A DNA stretch of 32,000 nucleotides from Kineococcus radiotolerans SRS30216 = ATCC BAA-149 (GTDB lineage Bacteria; Actinomycetota; Actinomycetes; Actinomycetales; Kineococcaceae). The stretch spans positions 1,740,001 through 1,772,000 of the forward strand of contig NC_009664.2 of the NCBI RefSeq assembly GCF_000017305.1, read 5' to 3'. Shown in pieces: positions 1 through 10,618 of this stretch (positions are counted from its first letter, which is position 1; each line of letters opens with the position of its first letter). The notes below the pieces were generated by a model. The model did no database searches. It saw only the letters and a list, made by a program, of their open reading frames with translations, and was not told the DNA's origin. Position numbers and translations under genes: made by a program.

Positions 1-829
1 CACCGTGCCGAAGCTGCTGGGCTGGGACCCCGCGCTCACCCGCCGCCGGGGCGACGAGCTGCTGGAACTGGTCGGGCTGGACCCGTGGGCCCACGGCGAC
101 CGCTACCCGGCGCAGCTCTCGGGCGGGCAGCAGCAGCGCGTGGGCGTCGCCCGCGCCCTGGCCGCCGACCCGCCCGTCCTGCTCATGGACGAACCCTTCG
201 GCGCGGTGGACCCCGTGGTCCGCGACCGGCTGCAGGGGGAGTTCCGCCGCATCCAGCGGGAACTGCGCAAGACGGTCCTGTTCGTCACCCACGACCTCGA
301 CGAGGCGGTGCGGATCGCGGACCGCGTCGCGGTGTTCTCCACCGGCGGTGTCCTGGAGCAGATCGCCGACCCCGCGACGCTGCTGTCGGCCCCCGCCTCG
401 GAGTTCGTCGTCGACTTCGTCGGCTCCGACCGGGGCCTGCGCCGCCTGGCGGTCACGCCGATCCGCGCCGAGGACCTCGAACGCCCGCTGGTCCTCGCCC
501 CCGGCGACGGCGCCGCCTACGCCGCGACCGCGCTGGAGCTCGACGGCCGTCCCTGGGCCGTCGTCCTCGACGGGTCGGGACGGCTGCTGGGCTGGGTCCC
601 GCGCGGGGCGCTGCTCGCCGCGCGCGGGAACCGCGCCGCCCGCGTCGGCGACCACGTCCGGGAGTTCGGCACCCGCATCGGCGCCCACGAGGACCTGCGC
701 TCGGCGTTCTCCGCCCTGCTCGCCCAGGAACTGCGCTTCCTGCCCGTCCTGGCCGGGGAGGAGTTCCTCGGCGTCCTCACCCCCGACGTCGTCCACACCG
801 CGCTGCGCCGCGGGCTGCCCCCCGCCTGA
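1..829 (+). CDS. ABC transporter ATP-binding subunit, 5'-truncated by the window edge, with a C-terminal CBS-pair-like extension (osmoprotectant OpuCA/ProV-type architecture)
   Basis: The frame of ORF 5..829 stays open to the window start. It has the ABC signature LSGGQQQRVGVARAL, Walker B VLLMDEPFGAVD and H-loop FVTHD. The ~150-aa C-terminal extension is typical of betaine/choline-type ATPases. The substrate is inference only. Confidence 0.85.
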   Translation, partial: TVPKLLGWDPALTRRRGDELLELVGLDPWAHGDRYPAQLSGGQQQRVGVARALAADPPVLLMDEPFGAVDPVVRDRLQGEFRRIQRELRKTVLFVTHDLDEAVRIADRVAVFSTGGVLEQIADPATLLSAPASEFVVDFVGSDRGLRRLAVTPIRAEDLERPLVLAPGDGAAYAATALELDGRPWAVVLDGSGRLLGWVPRGALLAARGNRAARVGDHVREFGTRIGAHEDLRSAFSALLAQELRFLPVLAGEEFLGVLTPDVVHTALRRGLPPA

Positions 830-934
830 GCGCGGCCCCCTACCGGGGAGGTACCCGGGACGGCACCGGGGTCGGGTCGGGAACGGTCCCCCGGGGCGAT
901 GACCGGGAGGGGCCGGCGGCGGTTGGGTTCCCCC

Positions 935-2176
935 ATGAGGATCCTCATCGCAGCCGACACCTACGCCCCCGACGTCAACGGCGCCTCGACGTTCGCGCAG
1001 CGCCTCGCCGCCGGGCTCACCGCGCGCCACGAGGTCCACGTCGTGGCCCCCGCCCGCGGACCGCGCAGCACCCGCGCGACGGTCGCCGGGATCGTCGAGC
1101 ACCGCCTGCGCGCCGTGCCCGTCGTCGTCGGCGGGACGGGGCTGCGGTTCTGCCCGCCCGTCGGCCTGGCGCGCGCCGCCACCCGGGTCCTGCGCGAGGT
1201 GCGGCCCGACGTCGTGCACGTGCAGAGCCACTTCCTCGTCGGCCGCGCCCTGGTGGGCGCGGCGAACCGCCTCGGGATCCCCGTCGTCGCGACGAACCAC
1301 TTCATGCCCGAGAACCTCACCCACCACGTGCCCGTGGGGGTGCGCGCCCGCGCGGCGCTGCACGGGTGGGCGTGGGCGGACGCGGCCGCGGTGTTCACCC
1401 GCGCCGACGTCGTCACCGCCCCCACCCCCTACGCCGCGGCCCTGGCCGAGCGGGCCGGGATCCCCGGCCCGGTGCTGCCCATCTCCTGCGGGATGGACCT
1501 GCACCGGTTCGCCCCCGACCCCTCCGGGGCGCTGCGCGCGGGGTTCCGGGCCCGGCACGGGATCCCGGACCGGCCCACGATCGGCTACGTCGGCCGCCTC
1601 GCCCCGGAGAAGAACGTCTCCGAGCTCGTCGAGGCCCTCGCCCTGGTGCGCCGGCTGCGCCCGGAGCTCGACGCGCAGCTGCTGCTCGTCGGCGACGGCG
1701 CCCAGCGGGCGGGGCTGCTGCGCCGGGCCGCGGAGCTGGGGGTCGCCGACCGCGTCGTCTCGACGGGTTTCGTGCCCGAGGCCGACCTGCCCGCCGCCTA
1801 CCTGGCCTGCGACGCGTTCGCCAACGCCGGCACCGCCGAGCTGCAGAGCCTCGTCGTCCTGGAGGCGATGGCCTCGGGGCTGCCCGTGCTGGGGGTGGAC
1901 GCCTGCGCGCTGCCGCACCTCGTGCGCGACGGCGAGAACGGGTTCCTCTTCCCCCACGCCCGGCCCGACGCCCTGGCCGCGCGCCTGGCCCTGGTCCTGG
2001 GCGAGCCCGCCCTGGCGGCGCGGATGGGCGCGCGCAGCCTCGAGCTCGCCGCCGAGCACGACGAGAGCCGCACCCTGGCCCGCTTCGAGGAGCTCTACGC
2101 GCTGCGCCGCACCGCCCGCACCACCGCGCGCTCGCTCCAGGTGACTGTTCCCGCCCCCTCTGGTGACCGGGTGTAG
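935..2176 (+). CDS. Glycosyltransferase, GT4 (GT-B fold, RfaB/PimB-like) family
   Basis: The N-terminus MRILIAADTYAPDVNGAS is typical of GT4. The C-terminal sugar-donor region reads ELQSLVVLEAMASGLPVLGVD...ENGFLF. An alternative ATG at 899 would add 12 aa. Confidence 0.85.
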   Translation: MRILIAADTYAPDVNGASTFAQRLAAGLTARHEVHVVAPARGPRSTRATVAGIVEHRLRAVPVVVGGTGLRFCPPVGLARAATRVLREVRPDVVHVQSHFLVGRALVGAANRLGIPVVATNHFMPENLTHHVPVGVRARAALHGWAWADAAAVFTRADVVTAPTPYAAALAERAGIPGPVLPISCGMDLHRFAPDPSGALRAGFRARHGIPDRPTIGYVGRLAPEKNVSELVEALALVRRLRPELDAQLLLVGDGAQRAGLLRRAAELGVADRVVSTGFVPEADLPAAYLACDAFANAGTAELQSLVVLEAMASGLPVLGVDACALPHLVRDGENGFLFPHARPDALAARLALVLGEPALAARMGARSLELAAEHDESRTLARFEELYALRRTARTTARSLQVTVPAPSGDRV

Positions 2177-2188
2177 CAGGATGGGGGT

Positions 2189-3223
2189 GTGCCACCGACG
2201 CCGACGCGGCGCCGCCCGTGGTGGCGCCGCTGGCCCCGACGCCTCGCGCTCGCCTACGGCGTCCTCGCGACCCTCGCCCTCGCCGCCGTCCTCGTCCTCT
2301 CCGACGGCCACGCCGTCAGCTACGCGCTGGGGCTCTTCGCGGCCTGGTGGCTGGCGCCCGCCCTCGTGCTCGTGCCCTGCGCGGCCGCGCTGCGCTCCTG
2401 GCGGACCCTGGCCGCCGTCCTCGCCCCCGCCGTCGCGGCCGGGGCGCTGTTCGGGCCCCTGGTCCTGCACCGGCTGGACCCCCCCGACGAGACCCCGGAC
2501 CTGCGGGTCGCGACGTTCAACACCACGAACTGGCGCGGCGCGGAGGGGCTGGAGGACCTGCTGCGCCGGGGGCGGCCCGACGTCGTGGCCCTCCAGGAGG
2601 TCGTCCCCTCCCAGCAGCGCGACTACGCCGGGGTCTTCCCCGAGTACCCCTACCGCAGCTACACCTCCACGAGCACCGGCGGCTCCCGCGAGGGCGACGG
2701 CGACGCGGTCTGGTCGAAGTACCCGATCGTGTCGGTGGAACCGGTGACCGGGCTGCCCGAGGGCGCCCGCCCCGCCGACGTCGTCACCCTCGACGTCGAG
2801 GGCCGCCGCCTCGCGGTCCTCTCGGTGCACCTGGCGTCCCCGTGCCTGCTGTGCAGCCCGGACAAGGTCGCCCGCAACCCCGCCGGGAACACCGGCGACG
2901 CGGCGCGGGTCCGGGTCGCGGAAGCCCGGCGGTACGCCGACCTCGCCCGGTCCCTGCAGGCCTCCGGCGCCGCCGTCGTCCTGGGCGGGGACCTGAACTC
3001 CGCGGAGTTCAACGAACCCCTGCGCGAACTGCGCTCCCACGGCCTCGTCGACGTCCACCGCGCCGTCGGCACCCGGCCCGGCCTGACCCGCGGGGCGTCC
3101 CCCGGTTTCGCGCGGGTGGACGTGGTCCTGGTCGCCGGGCTGGAACCCGTCGCCGTCGCCGAACGCGCCCCGGGGGGCAGCACGCACTCCCCCGTGGTGG
3201 CCGACCTCGCCTGGCCGGGCTGA
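2189..3223 (+). CDS. Membrane-anchored endonuclease/exonuclease/phosphatase (EEP) family protein
   Basis: GTG start. About 95 N-terminal hydrophobic residues form 3-4 predicted TM segments. EEP catalytic motifs follow: VATFNTTNW, VVALQEV, GGDLNS, STHSPVVADL. Confidence 0.8.
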   Translation: MPPTPTRRRPWWRRWPRRLALAYGVLATLALAAVLVLSDGHAVSYALGLFAAWWLAPALVLVPCAAALRSWRTLAAVLAPAVAAGALFGPLVLHRLDPPDETPDLRVATFNTTNWRGAEGLEDLLRRGRPDVVALQEVVPSQQRDYAGVFPEYPYRSYTSTSTGGSREGDGDAVWSKYPIVSVEPVTGLPEGARPADVVTLDVEGRRLAVLSVHLASPCLLCSPDKVARNPAGNTGDAARVRVAEARRYADLARSLQASGAAVVLGGDLNSAEFNEPLRELRSHGLVDVHRAVGTRPGLTRGASPGFARVDVVLVAGLEPVAVAERAPGGSTHSPVVADLAWPG

Positions 3224-3263
3224 GGAGCGCCCACCCCCGCCGGCCCGGGGGGGGTCGGGCGGG

Positions 3264-3374
3264 TCAGCCGCGGGGCGGGAGGTCCTCCTCGTCGCGGTCC
3301 CTCCGGCGCGGCCAGAGCACGATCCACACCACGGAGGCGATGGCGGCACCCATGATCATCGACGGGACGTCCAC
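3264..3374 (-). CDS. Hypothetical 36-aa small membrane protein (not in the ORF track)
   Basis: The minus strand reads GGGAGG-N7-GTG. Translation is VDVPSMIMGAAIASVVWIVLWPRRRDRDEEDLPPRG*, one hydrophobic helix plus a charged tail. 35 of 36 codons end in G/C, as in the real genes here. It lies 103 nt downstream of the DUF3180 gene on the same strand. I recognise no homology. Confidence 0.3.
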   Translation of the reverse strand: MDVPSMIMGAAIASVVWIVLWPRRRDRDEEDLPPRG

Positions 3375-3477
3375 GCTCCAGCCTCCCAGCCGCGCCCGGG
3401 GTCGGCGAACCCGGTCACCGTCGTGACCACCGGCCGCCGCGCGGCCGGGACCCTGCGGGCGGGTCCGGGGGCGAGCC

Positions 3478-3948
3478 CTAGGCGGCGGCCCGTCCCCCGG
3501 GTTCCTCGTCGTCCGGCGGCACCCGGCACCAGCGCTCCACGACGAGCCCGACCGCCAGCAGCAGCACCGACACCACGACGTCCACCGCGGCGGCGACGAG
3601 TTCCGAACGCCGCGCGGCGATGCCCGCCGTGGGGAGGTAGTGGACGAACCAGCCGGTGAACAGACCCGCCAGCAGCGCCCCCGCGACCGAGGCGGCCTTC
3701 GCCAGCGCCGCCGTGCGCGCGGCCCGCAGGGCGTCGATGCGCCGGGCCTTGTCGCCGTTCACCCACTGCCGCACCGGCCAGCCGACGCCGAGCACGACGG
3801 CCACGCAGAGCGCGATGGTCAGCGTCGTGCGCCACAGCAGGTCCGGTTCGCCGTGCCCGGTGGAGACCCACACCTGCAGGCCCGACCAGGCCAGGACCCC
3901 GGCGATCACCGCAAGCCCCGCGAGCAGCCCGGGGCGCGAGGGCCTCAC
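3478..3948 (-). CDS. DUF3180 family integral membrane protein (conserved last gene of actinobacterial fol operons)
   Basis: This is the C-terminal 156 codons of ORF 3478..4578. It has 4 hydrophobic segments (GLLAGLAVIAGVLAW..., TLTIALCVAVVLGVGW..., AGALLAGLFTGWFV..., VVVSVLLLAVGLVV). The GTG start at 3948 overlaps the folK stop (GTGA). The position after folK matches the Rv3605c-type arrangement. Confidence 0.75.
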   Translation of the reverse strand: MRPSRPGLLAGLAVIAGVLAWSGLQVWVSTGHGEPDLLWRTTLTIALCVAVVLGVGWPVRQWVNGDKARRIDALRAARTAALAKAASVAGALLAGLFTGWFVHYLPTAGIAARRSELVAAAVDVVVSVLLLAVGLVVERWCRVPPDDEEPGGRAAA

Positions 3949-4415
3949 GGGGCCACCCGGGCGAGGAGGTCCGCGACCCGCCCGCCGCGCGGGCCGGGCA
4001 GCTCCGCGTCGGGGTCCAGCTCCAGCCAGGGGCCCAGGACGAAGGCGCGCTCGCGGGCGCGCGGGTGCGGCAGGACGAGGCCGTCCTCGTCGAGCACCAC
4101 GTCGCCGAGGGTGACGACGTCGACGTCGATGGGGCGGGGGCCGTCGGGGACCTTGCTCGCCCGGTCCAGGCCGACCGCAGCCTCCACGGCGTGGCAGGCG
4201 CGCAGCAGCGCGTGCGGGTCCAGCGTCGTGCGCACCAGGGCGACGGCGTTGAGGAAGTCCGGCTGGTCGGGCACCGCCCCCACCGGGGCGGTCTCGACGA
4301 ACGAGGACACGGCCTCGACGTCGAGGCCGTCGAGGGCGTCCAGCGCCGCCAGGGCCGCGTGGAGGTTGGCCGCGCGGTCGCCGGTGTTGGCGCCCAGCGC
4401 GAGGACCCCCCTCAC
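3945..4415 (-). CDS. folK: 2-amino-4-hydroxy-6-hydroxymethyldihydropteridine diphosphokinase (HPPK)
   Basis: ORF 3945..4415, 156 aa. It shows LALGANTGDR...FLNAVALVRT...RPIDVDVV...LVLPHPRARERAFVLGPW, typical HPPK motifs. It lies in the fol operon. Confidence 0.9.
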   Translation of the reverse strand: MRGVLALGANTGDRAANLHAALAALDALDGLDVEAVSSFVETAPVGAVPDQPDFLNAVALVRTTLDPHALLRACHAVEAAVGLDRASKVPDGPRPIDVDVVTLGDVVLDEDGLVLPHPRARERAFVLGPWLELDPDAELPGPRGGRVADLLARVAP

Positions 4416-4825
4416 GGCCGGGTCCGGCGGATGACGAGCTCGACGTCGTCGAAGAGCACCGGGATCGGCGCCTGCGGCTTGTGGACCACGACGTCGACGG
4501 CGGCGATCCGCGGCGAGCGGGCCAGCGCGGTCTCGGCCAGGCGCCCGGCGAGGGTCTCCAGCAGCGCCACGGGTTCACCGGTGAGGACGGCCACGAGGTC
4601 CTGGGCGAGCTCGCCGTAGTGGACGGTGGCGGTGAGGTCGTCGCCGGCGGCGGCCTCCCGGGTGTCCAGGTGCAGGGCGACGTCGAGGGCGAAGGGCTGG
4701 CCCTGGGCCCGCTCGGCGTCCAGGACGCCGTGGTGGCCGACGGCCCGCACCCCGCGCAGCACGATCCGGTCCAGGACGCGGCCCTGCGCGTCCAGGACGG
4801 GGCCGGCCGCGTCCAGGGCGCTCAC
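4412..4825 (-). CDS. folB: Dihydroneopterin aldolase
   Basis: The core reads DRIVLRGVRAVGHHGVLDAERAQGQPFALDVAL...TVHYGEL...VVVHKPQAPI. The chosen GTG at 4825 overlaps the folP stop (GTGA) and gives 137 aa, the usual family length. The longer ORF-track start at 4963 would add an Arg/Gly-rich tail overlapping folP. Confidence 0.85.
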   Translation of the reverse strand: MSALDAAGPVLDAQGRVLDRIVLRGVRAVGHHGVLDAERAQGQPFALDVALHLDTREAAAGDDLTATVHYGELAQDLVAVLTGEPVALLETLAGRLAETALARSPRIAAVDVVVHKPQAPIPVLFDDVELVIRRTRP

Positions 4826-5727
4826 GAGGACGCCGCCGCGAGACCGGCCGGCGCCGCGGCGGGCACGGCAGGGGCCACGGCGGGGGGCGTCGCGCGCCGC
4901 CACGCGTCGGCGACCCGCACCGCCGCCACCGACGAGGGCACGTCGTGCACCCGGACGCCCCACGTCCCGCGGGCGGCCGCGAGCGCGGTGACGGCCGCGG
5001 TGGCGGCGTCGCGCTCGGCCGGGGGCGGGACCGTCCCGTCGGGGCCGGCGAGCAGGGACCCGAGGAAGCGCTTGCGGGAGGCCCCGACCAGCAGGGGCGG
5101 GCCGAGCCGCTCCAGCTCGGCGAGCCCGCCGAGCAGGGACCAGTCGTGCTCGGCGGTCTTGGCGAACCCCAGCCCGGGGTCGAGCACGATCCGCTCCCGA
5201 GCCACCCCGGCGGCGACGACCGCGCTCAGGCGCCCGCTCAGCTCCGCCCCCACCTCGCGCACCACGTGCTCGTAGGTGGCGAGGGAGTTCATGACGTCGG
5301 AGGGCCCGCGCCAGTGCGAGAGCACGTAGAGGCAGTCCAGCCCGGCGACCGTGGCCGCCATCGCCGGGTCGGCCAGGCCGCCGGAGACGTCGTTGACCAC
5401 GACCGCACCCGCCCGCACGACCGCGCGGGCCGTCGCGGCGCGCATGGTGTCGACGCTGACGGGCACCCCGGCCGCGACGAGCCCCTCCACGACGGGCAGC
5501 ACCCGGCGCAGCTCCTCGCCCGCGTCGACGCGGCCCGCCCCCGGGCGGGTGGACTCGCCCCCGACGTCGACGAGGTCGGCTCCCGCGGCGTGCAGGGCCA
5601 CCCCGCGCGCCACGGGGTCCGCGACGTGGTGACCGCCGTCGGAGAAGGAGTCGGGGGTGACGTTGAGGATCCCGACGACGCGGGTCGGGCCGGGCGCGAG
5701 CAGCCGGTCCACCGGGGCCGCGCTCAC
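4822..5727 (-). CDS. folP: Dihydropteroate synthase
   Basis: 301 aa. Motifs are [34 protein letters not shown] and GASRKRFLG. The GTG start overlaps the folE stop. Confidence 0.93.
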   Translation of the reverse strand: MSAAPVDRLLAPGPTRVVGILNVTPDSFSDGGHHVADPVARGVALHAAGADLVDVGGESTRPGAGRVDAGEELRRVLPVVEGLVAAGVPVSVDTMRAATARAVVRAGAVVVNDVSGGLADPAMAATVAGLDCLYVLSHWRGPSDVMNSLATYEHVVREVGAELSGRLSAVVAAGVARERIVLDPGLGFAKTAEHDWSLLGGLAELERLGPPLLVGASRKRFLGSLLAGPDGTVPPPAERDAATAAVTALAAARGTWGVRVHDVPSSVAAVRVADAWRRATPPAVAPAVPAAAPAGLAAASS

Positions 5728-6337
5728 CGGTGCCCGGCCACGATCAGGCTCATGGCCTCGGCGCGGGTGGCCGGGTTGCGCAGGGCGCCGCGGACGGCGG
5801 AGGTGATGGTCTTGGCGCCGGGCTTGCGGACCCCGCGGTAGGTCATGCAGGAGTGCTCGGCCTCGACGACGACGATGACCCCGCGCGGGTGCAGCCCGTC
5901 GACGAGGGCGTCGGCGACCTGGGTCGTCAGCCGCTCCTGCAGCTGCGGCCGGCGGGCGTAGACGTCGACGAGGCGGGCCAGCTTGGAGAGCCCGGTGACC
6001 CGGCCGTGCTCCCCGGGGATGTAGCCGACGTGGGCGACGCCGTGGAAGGGCAGCAGGTGGTGCTCGCAGGTGGACTGCACCTCGATGTCCTTCACCAGGA
6101 CCAGCTCGTCGTGCTCGAGGCCGAAGTCGGTCGCGAGGACGTCGGCGGGGTCCTGGCGCAGACCGGCGAACAGCTCCTGCGCCGCGCGCGCGACGCGGGC
6201 CGGGGTCTCGCGCAGGCCCTCGCGGTCGGGGTCCTCCCCGATGGCGAGGAGGAACTCCCGGACCGCGGCCTCGGCCCGGGGGCCGTCGTGGACCCCCGGG
6301 ACCGTGCGGGCGTCCGGGACGGGCGCTCCGCTGGTGC

Positions 6338-6341
<4 letters not shown>
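5724..6341 (-). CDS. folE: GTP cyclohydrolase I (FolE)
   Basis: This is the last 205 codons of track ORF 5724..8462. Motifs are [32 protein letters not shown] and HSCMTYRGV. The GTG at 6341 overlaps the ftsH stop (GTGA). The upstream part of that track ORF is an out-of-frame shadow of ftsH. Confidence 0.92.
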
Positions 6342-8317
<1,976 letters not shown>

Positions 8318-8402
8318 CAGTGGAGGGGTCGCCCCCTGTCCCTCCTGCTCGTTCTAGCCTGACGATCGACGGTACACCGGTCCGGCGACACGCCGTCCGG
8401 AG

Positions 8403-8444
8403 CCCGTCTCGCAGGTCCTTCGCTGTTCGAACGGGCGAGACGGG
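8403..8444 (-). terminator. Stem-loop downstream of the GntR gene / within the ftsH upstream region
   Basis: Perfect 10-bp arms, CCCGTCTCGC (8403-8412) and GCGAGACGGG (8435-8444), flank a 22-nt loop. It lies 52 nt past the GntR stop on the minus strand. There is no U-tract, so it could equally be ftsH leader structure. Confidence 0.3.
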
Positions 8445-8495
8445 GCCCCTGTTCCGCACCACGGCGGCGGGTTCGCCGTGGGCGGACGCGGGGGC

Positions 8496-9161
8496 TCAGC
8501 CCAGTCCCAGCCGCGCGTACGCCCCGAGCACCGTCCGCTCGGACTCGGTGAGGTAGTCCTCCAGCTCGCGGGCGGCCGCCGGGCCGCCGTCCGCGACGAA
8601 CGTCTCCAGCACGGAGCGGTTGCGCTCCACGAAGGCGCCGTGCAGCGCCTGCGGGTCGCCGATGACGAGGAAGGCCAGCCGCAGCTCGGCGCTGAGCTGC
8701 CGGTAGGTCCGCCCCAGGCGCGGGCTGTCCGACAGCGAGACGAGGGCGGCGTGGAAGGCCATGTTGGCCGTCCCGACCCCGGCCCAGTCCCCCGCGGCCG
8801 CGGCGGCCTCGGCGGCCTCGACCGCTCCGCGCATCCGGGCGGTCGCGGGGTGCCGCGGGGCGGCCTTGACCAGCACGCCCGTCTCGAGGTGGCGCCGGAC
8901 GCGGTAGATGTCCAGGACGTCGGCGACCCGCGGGGCGGTGACCGAGACCCCGCGGTGCGGGACGTGCTCGAGCAGGCCCTGCTCGGCCAGCACCCGGAAG
9001 GCCTCGCGCAGGGTGTTGCGGGAGACGGAGAACCGCTCGGCCAGCTCGGCCTCGGACAGGCGCCGCCCCGGGCGGAACTCGCCGGCGGCGATCCGGGCGC
9101 TGAGCAGCTCGGCCAGCGTGCCGTCCTCGCGCCCGGTGTCGGGGATCGGCTCGGCGCTCAC
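8496..9161 (-). CDS. GntR family transcriptional regulator (FadR/FCD-type C-terminal domain)
   Basis: The winged-HTH region reads LSEAELAERFSVSRNTLREAFRVLAEQGLLEHVPHRGVSV, followed by an all-helical C-terminal domain. The start is uncertain: I chose GTG at 9161, while the ORF-track TTG at 9233 would add 24 aa. It is divergent from the permease-pxp operon. Confidence 0.8.
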   Translation of the reverse strand: MSAEPIPDTGREDGTLAELLSARIAAGEFRPGRRLSEAELAERFSVSRNTLREAFRVLAEQGLLEHVPHRGVSVTAPRVADVLDIYRVRRHLETGVLVKAAPRHPATARMRGAVEAAEAAAAAGDWAGVGTANMAFHAALVSLSDSPRLGRTYRQLSAELRLAFLVIGDPQALHGAFVERNRSVLETFVADGGPAAARELEDYLTESERTVLGAYARLGLG

Positions 9162-9244
9162 CGGGTCATCGTAGGTGGGGAGGGAGCCGCCGGACCGCCG
9201 GCGCCGCGGCAAGACGTAACACGAACGCAACAATGAGCAACCCG

Positions 9245-9255
9245 TTGTTCAACAA
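9245..9255. promoter_or_regulatory. Candidate GntR-type operator palindrome TTGTT-C-AACAA in the divergent promoter region
   Basis: This is the only AT-richer stretch of the window (about 9211-9290). It holds the perfect dyad TTGTTCAACAA, a further AACAA at 9229-9233, and a second small dyad ACCA-C-TGGT at 9277-9285. Both fit the generic GntR operator pattern (GT-N-AC core). Function is inference. Confidence 0.3.
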
Positions 9256-9338
9256 TCCACGCCATTGTGTTCTGCAACCACTGGTGCCAGAGTGCTGCCG
9301 TCCAGGCAGCGTCGCGACGGATCCCCGGGAGCAGCCCC

Positions 9339-10604
9339 ATGACCGGCAGCAACAGCACGCAGGAGAGCGGGACCCCCGCCCTCGCCACGGGTCGCCGGTC
9401 CCGCCGCGGCCCGATCATCGGCGCGATCTTCCTGATGGCGACCTCGGCCATCGGGCCGGGGTTCATCACCCAGACCGCGACCTTCACCGCCACCCTCGGC
9501 GCGGCCTTCGCCTTCGCGATCCTCCTCTCGATCCTCATCGACTTCGCCGTGCAGATGAACGTCTGGCGGCTCATCACGGTCACCGGCAAGCGCGCCGGTG
9601 ACCTCGCCAACAGCGCCGTCCCGTTCAGCGGCCACGTCCTGACCGTGCTCATCGTCGTCGGCGGCCTGGCCTTCAACATCGGCAACATCGCCGGCGGCGG
9701 CCTGGGCCTGAACGCCCTGCTCGGCCTGGACCCCAAGGTCGGCGGCCTGCTCACCGCCGTCCTGGCGATCGCGATCTTCCTGTTCAAGCGCGCCGGGACC
9801 GTCGTCGACCGCGTCGTGGTGGTGCTGGGCGTCGGCATGATCGTCATGACCGTGGTCGTCGCCGTCATCTCCGCCCCGCCCGTCGGGGACGCCTTCCGGC
9901 AGACCTTCGTGCCCGACACGGTCAACTTCGCGACCATCACCACGATCGTCGGCGGCACCGTCGGCGGGTACATCACCTACGCCGGGGCCCACCGCTACCT
10001 GGACTCCGGGCAGACCGGGGTCGAGCACGTCCGCGACGTCCACCGCGCCTCGGTCACCGGCATCCTCGTCACCGGGATCATGCGCTACGTCCTGTTCCTG
10101 GCCGTCCTGGGCGTCGTCGCCTCCGGCGTCGTGCTCGACCTGTCCGGCCAGGCGGCCAACCCCGCCGGGCAGGCCTTCGGCGCCGTCCTCGGTGACGCCG
10201 GCATCCGCATCTTCGGGGCGATCTTCTGGGCCGCGTCGATCACCTCCGTCATCGGCGCCGCGTACACCTCCTCGACGTTCCTCTCGACGTTCTCCCGCCG
10301 CCTGGCCGGCGGGTGGCCGCTGCAGCTGACCACCGTCGCCTTCATCGTCGTCTCGCTGGTCGTCTACCTGGCCATCGGCACCGCGCCGGCCGCGCTGCTC
10401 GTGTTCGTCGGCGGGTTCAACGGGCTGATCCTCCCGATCGGGATGACGGTGTTCCTCTACATCGGCTGGTTCCGCCAGCGCGACGTCCTGGGCGGGTACG
10501 CCTACCCGAAGTGGCTGCTCGTCGTCGGCACGATCGCGCTGGCCATCAGCTACTACATGGCCTCGCGGTCCATCGGCCCCGTCTTCGACTTCCTGTCCGC
10601 CTGA
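9339..10604 (+). CDS. NRAMP-superfamily permease, YcsG-like, lacking the canonical metal-binding residues
   Basis: ATG at 9339 is preceded by GGGAG with a 7-nt spacer. The protein is 421 aa with about 11 hydrophobic segments. It aligns by eye to MntH-type TM1 and TM6: GPGF...[15 protein letters not shown] and [16 protein letters not shown]. The DPGN (TM1) and MPH (TM6) motifs are absent. The same family (ycsG) sits in the B. subtilis ycsF-ycsG-ycsI-kipI-kipA operon. Confidence 0.8.
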
Positions 10605-10618
10605 CCCGGAGGGCTCCC

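Noticed and set aside
85-2166. 693-aa plus-strand ORF spanning the ABC ATPase and the glycosyltransferase
   Set aside because: It is out of frame with two motif-bearing genes and is an Arg/Pro/Gly repeat-like translation, so it is a GC shadow ORF. The same reasoning applies to 1413..2195(-), 2218..3426(+) and 2659..3327(-).
3413-3428. GGTCAC-N4-GTGACC dyad, also seen as GGTCAC-N6-GTGACC at 18887-18904, considered as a shared regulatory motif
   Set aside because: There are only two 6-bp-arm copies with different spacers, in unrelated contexts. Such short GC-rich dyads are expected by chance in this composition.
9162-9338. Possible guanidine-I (ykkC) or other riboswitch upstream of the permease/carboxylase-like operon
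   Set aside because: The available leader is short. Apart from a CCCGGGAG-like stretch, I could not find the conserved ykkC core segments. A protein regulator (GntR) with plausible operators is present instead. A covariance-model scan would be decisive.
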